Below are positions 39,078 to 52,051 of a DNA stretch of 64,000 bases, piece by piece. A model generated the notes under the pieces. The model searched no databases. It saw only the letters and a program-made list of their open reading frames with translations, and was not told the origin of the DNA. The position numbers and the translations under genes are program-made. Source of the DNA: Octopus sinensis (Eukaryota); NCBI RefSeq assembly GCF_006345805.1, contig NC_043021.1, positions 19,902,001 to 19,966,000 of the forward strand. Reading direction: 5' to 3'. Each line of letters opens with the position of its first letter. The stretch's first letter is position 1.

Positions 39078-39285
39078 ATGTCCTATTTCTCCTTGTAGCA
39101 CACACACATACTCACAAATATATATGTGTGTAAATATATAAAAGAATATACATGTATATACATAAATTACTGTATGTTGAGACATTTCTATACATATTTT
39201 ACACAGTAAACATTTCTAAAAAGCCACACTACATTCTAAAATGCTCTACTGGTGTCTTTCAAAATTTGAAACAATTCTGTGAGAG

Positions 39286-39317
<32 letters not shown>

Positions 39318-39380
39318 CACACACATGTAGATATCAAACAATGAGAATGAGTGCTCAACACCACATTGGTGGTTAAAGAT

Positions 39381-39616
39381 TTCTTATTTGTAGATTAAGG
39401 CTACCATTGGTTTCATGTTAACGAAGCCCTTAACAATTATCAACCCTATCACATGAATCATCAGTGTTTGTCTCCATTTTGCTTTAATCTAAAATAGAGA
39501 TAAACACCTATATTCTATGTAATAGGCTATGTAATATATTCTATGTAATAGGCTTGATAATTGTTAAGGGCTTCCTTAACATGAAACCAATGGTAGCCTT
39601 AATCCACAAATAAAGA
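39381..39616. mobile_element. Fold-back element whose arms (about 62 bp) are hammerhead motifs
   Basis: 39381-39443 is the inverse of 39554-39616. A third arm copy lies at 37633-37675. Confidence 0.8.
39550..39599 (+). ncRNA. Hammerhead ribozyme motif with U3-A8 variant core
   Basis: AGGC-UUGAUAA-U-UGUUAAGG(GCUU)CCUUAACA-U-GAA-ACC(AAU)GGU-A-GCCU. Helices I, II and III pair and cleavage is predicted after GUA. Duplicate at 49652-49701. Confidence 0.6.
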
Positions 39617-40419
39617 GTATATATACACACACATATATATATATGGAAAATTGGATGTTAAAATGATAATGATTATACACACATAAATGGAAATCACTGA
39701 AGAACACATATTTATATACATGTAAAAATACCCTCATCATTGTGCATGTGAATGCATACACACACTCACATTTACGCTATCATGATTTTGCATATCAATG
39801 GATATATATATGTGTGTGTGTCTGTAGAGAAACATTAAAAAGAAAAACACAACTCTATAGTCTATTGCTTTGTCTCTTGTAATTTCAAATTTAAGAACAA
39901 ATAAATATTTTTATTTACACTCCATTCCCAATAAATCTGCTGGTAGCACACACACACGCACACAGCCTGATCAATGTGAATATACTCACACATACACATA
40001 TATTTTTATATAATATAATGTATGTTTATTATTGAAAAGCCGAAAGCCGTTCCTTTTACAGACAATATATTACAGCTTCCAGCATTTCAACGATACACAT
40101 ACGTGAAGTATGCTATGTAGATAAAGACTTTACTTGAAAGTAGCTTTTATTGCATAATTTGAATATGTATGTATATATATATGTTTCTTTACTACCCACA
40201 AGGGGCTAAACATAGAGGGGACAAACAAGGACAAAGGGATTAAGTCGATTACATTGACCCAGTGCGAAACTGGTACTTTATTTATCGACCCCGAGAGGAT
40301 GAAAGGCAAAGTCCACCTCGGCGGAATTTGAACTCAGAACGTAACGATAGACGAAATACCACTAAGCATTTCGCCCGGCCTGCTAATGTTTCTGCCAACT
40401 TGCTGCCCTATATATATAT

Positions 40420-40705
40420 ATCACGTGATCGACCAGACCATCAGATGTTGTTACACATCGCTGGTCACAATGCGTTCGCATTGTTTTAGCCTTCGAATGA
40501 CGCCACCCCGCTGGCTAAGCGAGCAGGCCAACAGAAGAAAGAGTGGGAGAAAGAGTACAGCAGAGATCACCACCCCCTGCCGGAGCCTCGTGGAGCTTTT
40601 AGGTGTTTTCGCTCAATAAACACTCACAACGCCTGGTCTGGGAATCGAAACCGCGATCCTGCGACCACGAGTCCGCTGCCCTAACCACTAGGCCATTGCG
40701 CCTCC
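40420..40705 (-). mobile_element. tRNA-derived SINE 'family D'
   Basis: Minus-strand head GGAGGCGCAATGGCCTAGTGGTTAGGGCAGCGGAC...GGTTTCGATTCCC. Relatives at about 28580-28780 (-) and 59150-59340 (+). Confidence 0.8.
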
Positions 40706-40711
40706 ACACAC

Positions 40712-40743
<32 letters not shown>

Positions 40744-41030
40744 ATGCACACACACACACAAATATACAACCAGTAAGCTCCCTCTCCTATATAGAAGCAG
40801 AAACGTATTGTGTTATTTACTGCTTCTCCCAGTAAATTTCTACTTGACAACTCCAGACCAATGAGAATCAAACTGTCTACATTTGATGCTATTTCAAAGC
40901 CACATATGGTCATGGAAACTCAAGAGTAGCAGCTCAATGAATCATCAATTGTCTCCTATTAAATATAAACTATACATGCACTTAGCATTCCTTCTTTTCA
41001 TTTCTTTCCAAAATCTATGTATGTGTGTAT

Positions 41031-41487
41031 AGGAGAAATAATGTCAAGCCAAATCTTGATATTGGGAATCATTTAATTTGCATTTCAGATCATTATGCAA
41101 GAGAGAAAAAAGTCCATCTCTTTCATAACATCATCAGTTAAAACATTTCAAAATATTCTGAAACACCTTAACTGAAGAAGATATTACATAATAGATGACT
41201 TCTTCCTCTCTCGCATAATTATCTGAAACATGTTAAATGCATTCAAAATAACAATATTTAGGAGAAATAATGTCAAGCCAAATCTTGATATTGTGAATCA
41301 TTTAATTTGCATTTCAGATCATTATGCAAGAGGGAAAAAGTCCATCTCTTTCATAACATCATCAGTTAAAACATTTCAAAATATTCTGAAATGCCTTAAC
41401 TGAAGAAGATATTACATAATAGATGACTTCTTCCTCTCTCGCATAATTATCTGAAACATGTTAAATGCATTCAAAATAACAATATTT
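41031..41487. repeat. 229-bp tandem dimer
   Basis: AGGAGAAATAATGTCAAGCC starts at 41031 and 41260. Duplicated at about 51113-51568. Confidence 0.92.
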
Positions 41488-41968
41488 GGTTCAACATTAT
41501 AATTATATATTAGACAACTCCACACCATTGCAATCTTGCCTGTCCTTGTCTCTTTTACATGGATGTTCTAATAAGAATTTGGAGTGGATAGTTCCACTGG
41601 ACCTGAGTCAAAAAATTCTGGCAAGGTGTATTGTTCTAAGCTTAACATGCTTTCACTCTCTCTCTATAGAACTGACGCTGGAACAATACAGAAGTCAACA
41701 CAGAGTTTCCATGGAGATCTAACCAAGATTTGGTCAAACAGAATTTGTTGCATAGTTGCCAATTGTTTTCATCTTGTAATTCCACAATATGATGCATTTC
41801 AGAGCAATCATCAGTATGTCCCTATATGTATGTCCATGTGTGTGTATATTTGTATATTTGGTAGCTATTTCTCGTAGGTCAGGCAAACCAATAGAGAGAC
41901 CAGTGGCTTCCTCGTTGTGAGGTAGAAACAAGTGAAGTGAATAAACTGCATAGTTGAATGTGCATAGT

Positions 41969-44900
41969 TTGAGGGAGATTTGGTAGCTATTTTTAGTAGG
42001 CCAGGCAAACCAATAAAGAGAGACTAGAGTTTAAGTAATTGCAGTTGTTTAATCCAAGCCTACATCAGTGGTTTTCCAACCATGGCCATACCATCTATTT
42101 TAGGATGCATGTGGGACTAACATTAACTAGTGTGTCATTCCATTTTCCTTCCACAACAAAATATTGAGGGAGATTTGACAGCTATTTCTAGTAGGCCAGG
42201 CAAACGATTTGAGAGAGACTAGAGGCTAAAAGTAATTGCAGTTGTTTAATCCAAGCCTACACCAGTGGCTTTCCAACCATGGCCATACTATCTATTTTAG
42301 GTTGTGTGTGAAACTAACATTAACTAATGTGTCATTTCCTTTTCCCTGCACAACAGGGTATTGAGGGAGATTTGGTAGCTATTTCTAGTAGGCCAGGCAA
42401 ACTAGTTGAGAGAGACTAGAGGCTAAAAGTAATTGCAGTTGTTTAATCAGTGGCTTTCCAACCATGGCCATACCATCTATTTTAGGTTATGTGTGAAATG
42501 TGACATTTCCTTTTCTCTCCACAACAGGGTATTGAGGGAGATTTGGTAGCTATTTCTTGTAGGCCAGGCAAACCAATAGAGAGACTAGAGGCTTCCTCGT
42601 TGTGAGGTAGAAACAAGTGATGCGAATAAACTGCATAGTCGAATGTGCATAGTTTAGTTGTGTTGTGGCGTCGTAAAAAGCTGCGATGCAACATGAATGC
42701 AACAAAAAAAAAAACAATAATAAGATAAAATAAATGAATAAAAAATAAAATAAAATACAAAAATGATAAACCAATGCAAAAACTGAATTTCATTATGTGT
42801 CTGTCACCAGCCGCAATATCTGTGGCACAATATGAATACGGCTGGCACCATAGCTTTAGAAGTTTGGCATTCAAAAGTATTTGCTGTTGGGTGATCAAAC
42901 CCCAGCGAATTTAGGGGCCATAGTAAGGAAGGAAGGAAGGAAGGAAGGTGCAGGACAGGACAGCATGTGAGATGAGGGGCAGCTGGGGAAGGAGTTCATA
43001 TGATAGGAGGATATTGAAGGTGATCAAACCCCCAGCGAATTTAGGAGCCATAGTAAGGAAGGAAGGCGCAGGACAGGACAGGATGTGAGATGAGGAGGAA
43101 GGGTTCATATGATAGGTCTGGCTCTCTGTAGGTTATGACGACAAGGGTTCCAATTGATCTGATCAACGGAACAGGCTGCTCGTGAAATTAATGTGCAAGT
43201 GGTTGGGTATTCCACAGATATGCATACCTATTTCTTTACTACCCACAAGGGGCTAAACACAGAGGGGACAAACAAGGACAGACAGTTGGATTAAGTCGAT
43301 TATATCGACCCCAGTGCGTGACTGGTACTTAATTTATCGACCCCGAAAGGATGAAAGGCAAAGTCGACCTCGGCGGAATTTGAACTCAGAACGTAAAGAC
43401 AGATGAAATACCACTAAGCATCTCGCCGCCTATGCATATAGGGTATGCATATCCACAGATATGCATACCCTTAATGTAGTTCTCAGGGAGATTCAGCACG
43501 ATAAGGCTGGCCCTTTGAATTACAGGTACTGCTCGTTTTTGCCAGCTGGGTGGACTGGAGCAACGAGGAGTAAAGTGACTTGTTCAAGGACATGACATGC
43601 TACTGGGAATCGAACTCACGACCATACAATCACGAGCTGAATACCATAACCACTAAGCCATATGCCTTCACACAATAGATTTAAGTATGACGAAAGGAGC
43701 AGGAAAGGACGGGATATTAAATGGGGGTGAGAAGGAGTTTGATGTGATAGGGAGACACTTTGTGTTGATACGACAAAAGATGTGATGCGACATTTAGCAG
43801 TACACACTGCACTCTGACCTAACCCACAAAAACATCACTTTGTAGTGGGCCAATGGGAAATAAGTATACTGCAACTGGAAATTGAACCTGTGTTGCATTG
43901 GGGCCATAATTCTTTGCTGGGGGTCTTACTACTGCTTCCTGTGCAATGGCATAGTTTACCATCTCCAGCTAGTCTCTGATACAGAGCTGTTCAGCATCAA
44001 AGATGGGCGCACGGCAAAATCACAAGTCTTATTAACACAAACACATAAATACACACACACACATACATATGCATATATATATATTTATTTCTTTACTACC
44101 CACAAGGGGCTAAATACAGAGGGGACAAACAAAGGGATTAAGTCGATTATATCGACCCAAGTGCATAACTGGTACTTAATTTATCGACCCCGAGAGGATG
44201 AAAGGCAAAGTCGACCTTGGCGGAATTTGAACTCGGAACGTAACGACAGACGAAATACGGCTACGCATTTCGCCTGGCGTGCTAACATTTCTGCCAGCTT
44301 GCCACCCTATATATATATATATATAAGTTTGGGAACCACTGCCCTACACTGTAGTATGTAGAATATTTTTTTCTTGCTTATTATGAACACCATGGAAAGT
44401 GATAACACATGTGGTATCAAAATCAAAATCGAAATCGATCAACATCAATGGAAATTGTAGCTGTGATACCAGTGCTGGTGGCATGTAAGAGAACCATCCA
44501 AGCGTGACCGTTGCCAGCGCCACCCCGACTGGCCTCCGTCCCGGTGACACGTAAAAAGCACCCACTACACTCACGGAGTGGTTGGCGTTAGGAAGGGCAT
44601 CCAGTCGTAGAAACATTACCAGATCAGACTGGGCCTGGTGCAGCCTTCTGGCTTCCCAGACCCTAGTTGTACCGTCCAACCCATGCTAGCATGGAAAACG
44701 GACGTTAAAGGATGATGATGATATATACGTGATGATGATATATATATATATATGCATATATTTGGATGATGCTGTTATTTCAGGGTTTCTTTAATATTCA
44801 ATCAAATATTTATCACATTGTTAAATTGGTTTTGAAACTTGGGAAGTGACAGCAAGCAGTAACTTGCCAAATAAATATAATTTTACTATAAATATACCCT

Positions 44901-47415
44901 ACACCAGTGGTTCCCAAAGTGGGCAGTATTTTCCCCCTGGGGTTAGCGGTAAGTTCTGGGGGGAGGGTGCATTGAAGAAAAAGGAGGCGGGGCAAAAATG
45001 GGGTAGCGATTCATGTAAAAACAACAAAATAATGGATTTGTCAGGTTAAGTTTTATCTGTGAAATGCAGTTGCTTTGAATTTGCTTTTGAAAGGGGTCTG
45101 TATTTGTGATGGTTGGTTAGGGTGGGGGTACTAGGAATGTGGCCTGGTTATCAAGGGGGCGGCAACCTGAAAAAAGTTTGGGAACCACTGCCCTACACTG
45201 TAGTATGTAGAATTTTTTTTTTCTTGCTTATTATGAACACTATAGAAAGTGTTTACATATATGGTATGCAAATTAGTTGCTCCAGCTTTCTATAGCTACT
45301 GTAACTGTAGAGTATATAAACAGATTAGCTTCTAATCTCTCTGGAATTGGTGAAACTGATGTAGATGCCTCTGATGAGAAGCCCAATAAGATTCGAAAAT
45401 TGTGCATCATTTTTGTCAATCTATGGAGAAACAGCTAAAGTAGCTCTGTTTATACATATACATAAGAATTTTTTGCGTAATGAGATAAAAAACCAAGGCT
45501 GTGTACATATTAGAACATTTATAGATGGAAGGTCTTATAGCTGTTTCCAGGATATTTATTAATTATACCCCTTCATTGGAGATGGTGTAAGAAGATGGTT
45601 AAGTAATAATTAATTTAGATAGGATACAAAATAGAGTGAGGTGGAGGAAAGAAAATAGATGTGAGATATGTAGGAATATTGATGGATTTACAAATTCAAT
45701 ATCCCTACATATCTCACATCTATTTTCTTTCCTCCACCTCACTCTCTATTTTGTATCCTATCTAAATTAATTATTACTTAACCATCCAATGAAGGGATAT
45801 AATTAATAAATATCCTGGAAACAGCTGTAAGACCTATCTATAAATGTTCTAATATCTACACAGCCTTGGTTTTTTTATCTCATTACGCAAAAAATTCTTA
45901 TATACACACGCTGACATATGACCAACGTTGAACCCCTTATTCGCAAAATCACCGAACCTGGAACTTAACTATGGCCTGTCTATAGCACTTATTCAGCATT
46001 ACCCGACACCTTTGGGTTTCAATGACCCCTTATCTCTTATATGTATATATATAGGTTATATACATCATCTCCTTTTCGATATCTCAGCACATATTTACTT
46101 CCTGTCCCAGGTAGACATATTCTCTTACCTCCTCTATTTCATCACAGTCGATCACCATTCGACCTGTTGGTACTTTGTCTGACTGCATGAACTTTGTTTT
46201 CATGCGGTTCATCTTGAGACCTACTGCAGAGCTTTTGATGTCGAGTGGTACCCGCGTGAGCGGAAAAGACCACCCGGAAGACCTCCACAACGATTTCAGG
46301 AGGATGATTGGGATCACGTGGATGAGAAAGGTGCAATCCAGAGAGGAGTGGACAGAGTGCTGTGACCAGCGGTGTCAAATGGATGCCTGACGGACTGGTC
46401 GGTCAAGGTGATCAAGGTGACATACATCATACCTTGATACTGTGAGGACTAAGATCCTCATTGACAGGGCCTTGATATTTAAAATAAAGTGTTAACACAA
46501 ATGGTACCCAAATTAGTAGCTCCAGTTTTTTATAGCTACTATAATTGTTGAGTATGTAAACAGAATGGCTTGTTATTTCTCTGAGAGTGGTCAAAGTAGA
46601 CGTAGACATCTCTAATGCGAATCCAATAAGATTTGAAAATCAATTAAGGTTGTTCATAATTTTTTTTTTCAGTTTATGGAGAAATAGCGAAATTATCCCT
46701 GTTTATAAAGATACTTTATAGATTGCATCTCTCTCTCTCTCTATATATATATATATGTATGTATGTATGTGTGTGAAGTGGAAGCCAGTTCACCAATGCC
46801 ATTGTGAAAATTATATGTGCCATCATTTCAAGCACAGCTATGAAAATATATACACCAAAAATTGTAGCCATAAATACTTACTATATACACATACACAAGC
46901 ATATAGATATGCACACACAATTTTACACATATATATTGTGTGTATATATTGTTGACATCATAAGACTTTATAAAACTTTTGAGAGAACCATATCTCAAAA
47001 TATATATAAAGCTATCCAAAAGGGATTTTCAACCAAATATTTACACACCATTCTTCATAGCCTTTACATGTACTTTGAGATCCAGTTCCAAAAGAGAATT
47101 ATATATATATATATATTAGAAGAAATGAGGTACTCAGATCGGGTGGCTTATATTTACAGATATTTATCTATATATTACATTTTTTATACATCATATCACT
47201 TAGATCATTAGCGCTTTCTCCCATTCTAGTGGGGTTTTCAACTTAGTTGATTTGAAGACCCCACTAGAATGGGAGAAAGCGCTAATACATGATCTAAGTT
47301 ATAGGATATATAAAAAATGTAATATATAAATAAATATCTGTAAATATAAACCATCCGATCTTCTGAGCACCTCATTTCTTCTAATATATAATACCTGTAC
47401 ATCATCTCCAAACCT

Positions 47416-47454
<39 letters not shown>

Positions 47455-50400
47455 CACATACATAGCCATGTCATTGAGTAACAGAACCTTAGTGTATAGG
47501 AGCGGGGTTGCTTTACGAATGACCTACAGTTTGAAGGGCTAAAGCCAAACAGGCCTGTTGTAGAGCCTACGGTCGATGAAACGGGTGGCTTTGCCAAGGA
47601 AGGGGAACAACGGTGAGAGTATGGAGAGGAATTAGTGTTGAGGGCATCTTTTACGATGGGGACAATGCCTCATGGAAACAAAGGAGGATGTTGAAGAAGA
47701 ATCCTTGTTCACACATTCACAAAGTGAAGGTCATGAGTTTCGATGAGTCTGCATGCCAAGACAATATTTGGGTTGAGGATCAGGGTTTCATGTTAATGAA
47801 GCCCTTAACAATTATCAACCCTATCACATGTCTACATATACACACACACGCATATATATATATAAATAAGGGGTAAGATCGTTAATTTAAAATAAAATAA
47901 CGATTTTATCATGTGGTCAGCATGGAAAAAATAACCTTCAAAGGTAATAATTATTAAAATTATAAATTAGGGTATCTATGAGATACCACCATGCTGAAAA
48001 TAGCAGCCATGATCTGACTGTTGTTGTTCTCTCCATGTTAACATATGGAAAATTAAGGTGGTTTTAGAGTCAGATCAAGGCTGTTATTTTCAGCCTGGTA
48101 GTATCTTGTAGATACCCTAATTTATAATGTTAATATATATATATAATAAATATTAGGGAATAAATCCAAACTTATAGGGAAAAATCAGATTTAGGATTGA
48201 ATCCAATTTTATAGTAAAATATTATATTATATTAAATTAGAGACAAAACCACTATTAATCTTATGTATTGGCTTAAGTTTTTCATTGTTTGATTTGCCTA
48301 ATAGTGGTTTTGTCTCTAATTTAATATAATATATATATATATATATATAAACTTATAAAACAAGGGCAAAAGAAAAAATTCTAATGCCAAATATGCCGAA
48401 AATAGACAAATTGTCAATAACCATTATAATTTATCACTATTAATATGCGTCTCGAAACAAGATGACAGAAATTTCTAAAAAATTCTGTTATTACCGTATT
48501 GGTCCCAATTTCAGAGTCAATTCATAAGAATTTTCTCCTCATCAGCGATAAATATGTAAGGCATAAATGAAATACTTACTCATACCCATGGAAAAAGCAA
48601 GCACTAAGTCCTGAGCAGACCTAAGTACCCCAAATATATCCAAAATAGAAAATCTTCAGCATATCTCGAGACACGTGTGATTCGAACTAGAAACTTTCAC
48701 AGACAATTTGTCTATTTTTGGCATATTTGGCATTAGAATTTTTTCTTTTGCCCTTGTTTTATAAGTTATTTATAAATTTAACCTTTAAAGGTATTTTTTA
48801 ATATGTTGGCCATCGATAAAATTGTTTTGGAAAAATTTTATCCTATATAAGATATATATATATATATACAGAGAGAGAGAGAGAGGTTGTTTTAAGTGGA
48901 AAAAAAAGGTATACCAAGAGAAGGGTCAATCATGAAACATTGTTTTTCCTAACCTTATTCAGCATATGAATATTCTTTAGAATATTTTGTCATAAACCTC
49001 AGACTTTGGCGCTTTATATATATATATATATTCGCTCTGTGTATCATAACCAGTGATACTACTAAATACAGTAGTAGCCACACCATATTACTGGAAGCAG
49101 TCTCGGTATAGGTCTCAACCCACCAGTGACAGCTATACATCTAACTGTACACACAAGAGATATTCTCTCTCTCTCTCTCTATATATATATATAATGTCCT
49201 ATTTTTCCTTGTAGCACACACACATACTCACAAATATATATGTGTGTAAATATATAAAAGAATATACATGTATATACATAAATTACTGTATGTTGAGACA
49301 TTTCTATACATATTTTACACAGTAAACATTTCTAAAAAGCCACACTACATTCTAAAATGCTCTACTGGTGTCTTTCAAAATTTGAAACAATTCTGTGAGA
49401 GCACACACACACACACATATATATATATATACACACACATGTAGATATCAAACAATGAGAATGAGTGCTCAACACCACATTGGTGGTTAAAGATTTCTTA
49501 TTTGTAGATTAAGGCTACCATTGGTTTCATGTTAACGAAGCCCTTAACAATTATCAACCCTATCACATGAATCATCAGTGTTTGTCTCCATTTTGCTTTA
49601 ATCTAAAATAGAGATAAACACCTATATTCTATGTAATATATTCTATGTAATAGGCTTGATAATTGTTAAGGGCTTCCTTAACATGAAACCAATGGTAGCC
49701 TTAATCCACAAATAAAGAGTATATATACACACACATATATATATATGGAAAATTGGATGTTAAAATGATAATGATATACACACATAAATGGAAATCACTG
49801 AAGAACACATATTTATATACATGTAAAAATACCCTCATCATTGTGCATGTGAATGCATACACACACTCACATTTACGCTATCATGATTTTGCATATCAAT
49901 GGATATATATATGTGTGTGTGTCTGTAGAGAAACATTAAAAAGAAAAACACAACTCTATAGTCTATTGCTTTGTCTCTTGTAATTTCAAATTTAAGAACA
50001 AATAAATATTTTTATTTACACTCCATTCCCAATAAATCTGCTGGTAGCACACACACACGCACACAGCCTGATCAATGTGAATATACTCACACATACACAT
50101 ATATTTTTATATAATATAATGTATGTTTATTATTGAAAAGCCGAAAGCCGTTCCTTTTACAGACAATATATTACAGCTTCCAGCATTTCAACGATACACA
50201 TACGTGAAGTATGCTATGTAGATAAAGACTTTACTTGAAAGTAGCTTTTATTGCATAATTTGAATATGTATGTATATATATATGTTTCTTTACTACCCAC
50301 AAGGGGCTAAACATAGAGGGGACAAACAAGGACAAAGGGATTAAGTCGATTACATTGACCCAGTGCGAAACTGGTACTTTATTTATCGACCCCGAGAGGA

Positions 50401-52051
50401 TGAAAGGCAAAGTCCACCTCGGCGGAATTTGAACTCAGAACGTAACGATAGACGAAATACCACTAAGCATTTCGCCCGGCCTGCTAATGTTTCTGCCAAC
50501 TTGCTGCCCTATATATATATATCACGTGATCGACCAGACCATCAGATGTTGTTACACATCGCTGGTCACAATGCGTTCGCATTGTTTTAGCCTTCGAATG
50601 ACGCCACCCCGCTGGCTAAGCGAGCAGGCCAACAGAAGAAAGAGTGGGAGAAAGAGTACAGCAGAGATCACCACCCCCTGCCGGAGCCTCGTGGAGCTTT
50701 TAGGTGTTTTCGCTCAATAAACACTCACAACGCCTGGTCTGGGAATCGAAACCGCGATCCTGCGACCACGAGTCCGCTGCCCTAACCACTAGGCCATTGC
50801 GCCTCCACACATATATACACACATACATGCACACACACACACAAATATACAACCAGTAAGCTCCCTCTCCTATATAGAAGCAGAAACGTATTGTGTTATT
50901 TACTGCTTCTCCCAGTAAATTTCTACTTGACAACTCCAGACCAATGAGAATCAAACTGTCTACGTTTGATGCTGTTTCAAAGCCACATATGGTCATGGAA
51001 ACTCAAGAGTAGCAGCTCAATGAATCATCAATTGTCTCCTATTAAATATAAACTATACATGCACTTAGCATTCCTTCTTTTCATTTCTTTCCAAAATCTA
51101 TGTATGTGTGTATAGGAGAAATAATGTCAAGCCAAATCTTGATATTGGGAATCATTTAATTTGCATTTCAGATCATTATGCAAGAGAGAAAAAAGTCCAT
51201 CTCTTTCATAACATCATCAGTTAAAACATTTCAAAATATTCTGAAACACCTTAACTGAAGAAGATATTACATAATAGATGACTTCTTCCTCTCTCGCATA
51301 ATTATCTGAAACATGTTAAATGCATTCAAAATAACAATATTTAGGAGAAATAATGTCAAGCCAAATCTTGATATTGTGAATCATTTAATTTGCATTTCAG
51401 ATCATTATGCAAGAGGGAAAAAGTCCATCTCTTTCATAACATCATCAGTTAAAACATTTCAAAATATTCTGAAATGCCTTAACTGAAGAAGATATTACAT
51501 AATAGATGACTTCTTCCTCTCTCGCATAATTATCTGAAACATGTTAAATGCATTCAAAATAACAATATTTGGTTCAACATTATAATTATATATTAGACAA
51601 CTCCACACCATTGCAATCTTGCCTGTCCTTGTCTCTTTTACATGGATGTTCTAATAAGAATTTGGAGTGGATAGTTCCACTGGACCTGAGTCAAAAAATT
51701 CTGGCAAGGTGTATTGTTCTAAGCTTAACATGCTTTCACTCTCTCTCTATAGAACTGACGCTGGAACAATACAGAAGTCAACACAGAGTTTCCATGGAGA
51801 TCTAACCAAGATTTGGTCAAACAGAATTTGTTGCATAGTTGCCAATTGTTTTCATCTTGTAATTCCACAATATGATGCATTTCAGAGCAATCATCAGTAT
51901 GTCCCTATATGTATGTCCATGTGTGTGTATATTTGTATATTTGGTAGCTATTTCTCGTAGGTCAGGCAAACCAATAGAGAGACCAGTGGCTTCCTCGTTG
52001 TGAGGTAGAAACAAGTGAAGTGAATAAACTGCATAGTTGAATGTGCATAGT
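41969..52051. repeat. 10,083-bp tandem segmental duplication, copy 2
   Basis: Near-identical to 31815-41968. It differs mainly in homopolymer and microsatellite lengths, plus a few substitutions in the right-hand third. Confidence 0.97.
48488..48557 (-). ncRNA. Duplicate of the type I hammerhead ribozyme
   Basis: Identical to 38341-38410, inside duplication copy 2. Confidence 0.75.

Larger units (their letters stand above)
31815..41968. repeat. 10,154-bp tandem segmental duplication, copy 1
   Basis: Near-identical to 41969-52051. The ORF track repeats at offsets of about 10,080-10,154 (e.g. 32328/42482, 35776/45928, 40262/50363). Confidence 0.97.

Noticed and set aside
41070-41100. Strong-looking acceptor TTTAATTTGCATTTCAG
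   Set aside because: It is part of the internal inverted repeat of the 229-bp unit, and no downstream donor or meaningful ORF was found.
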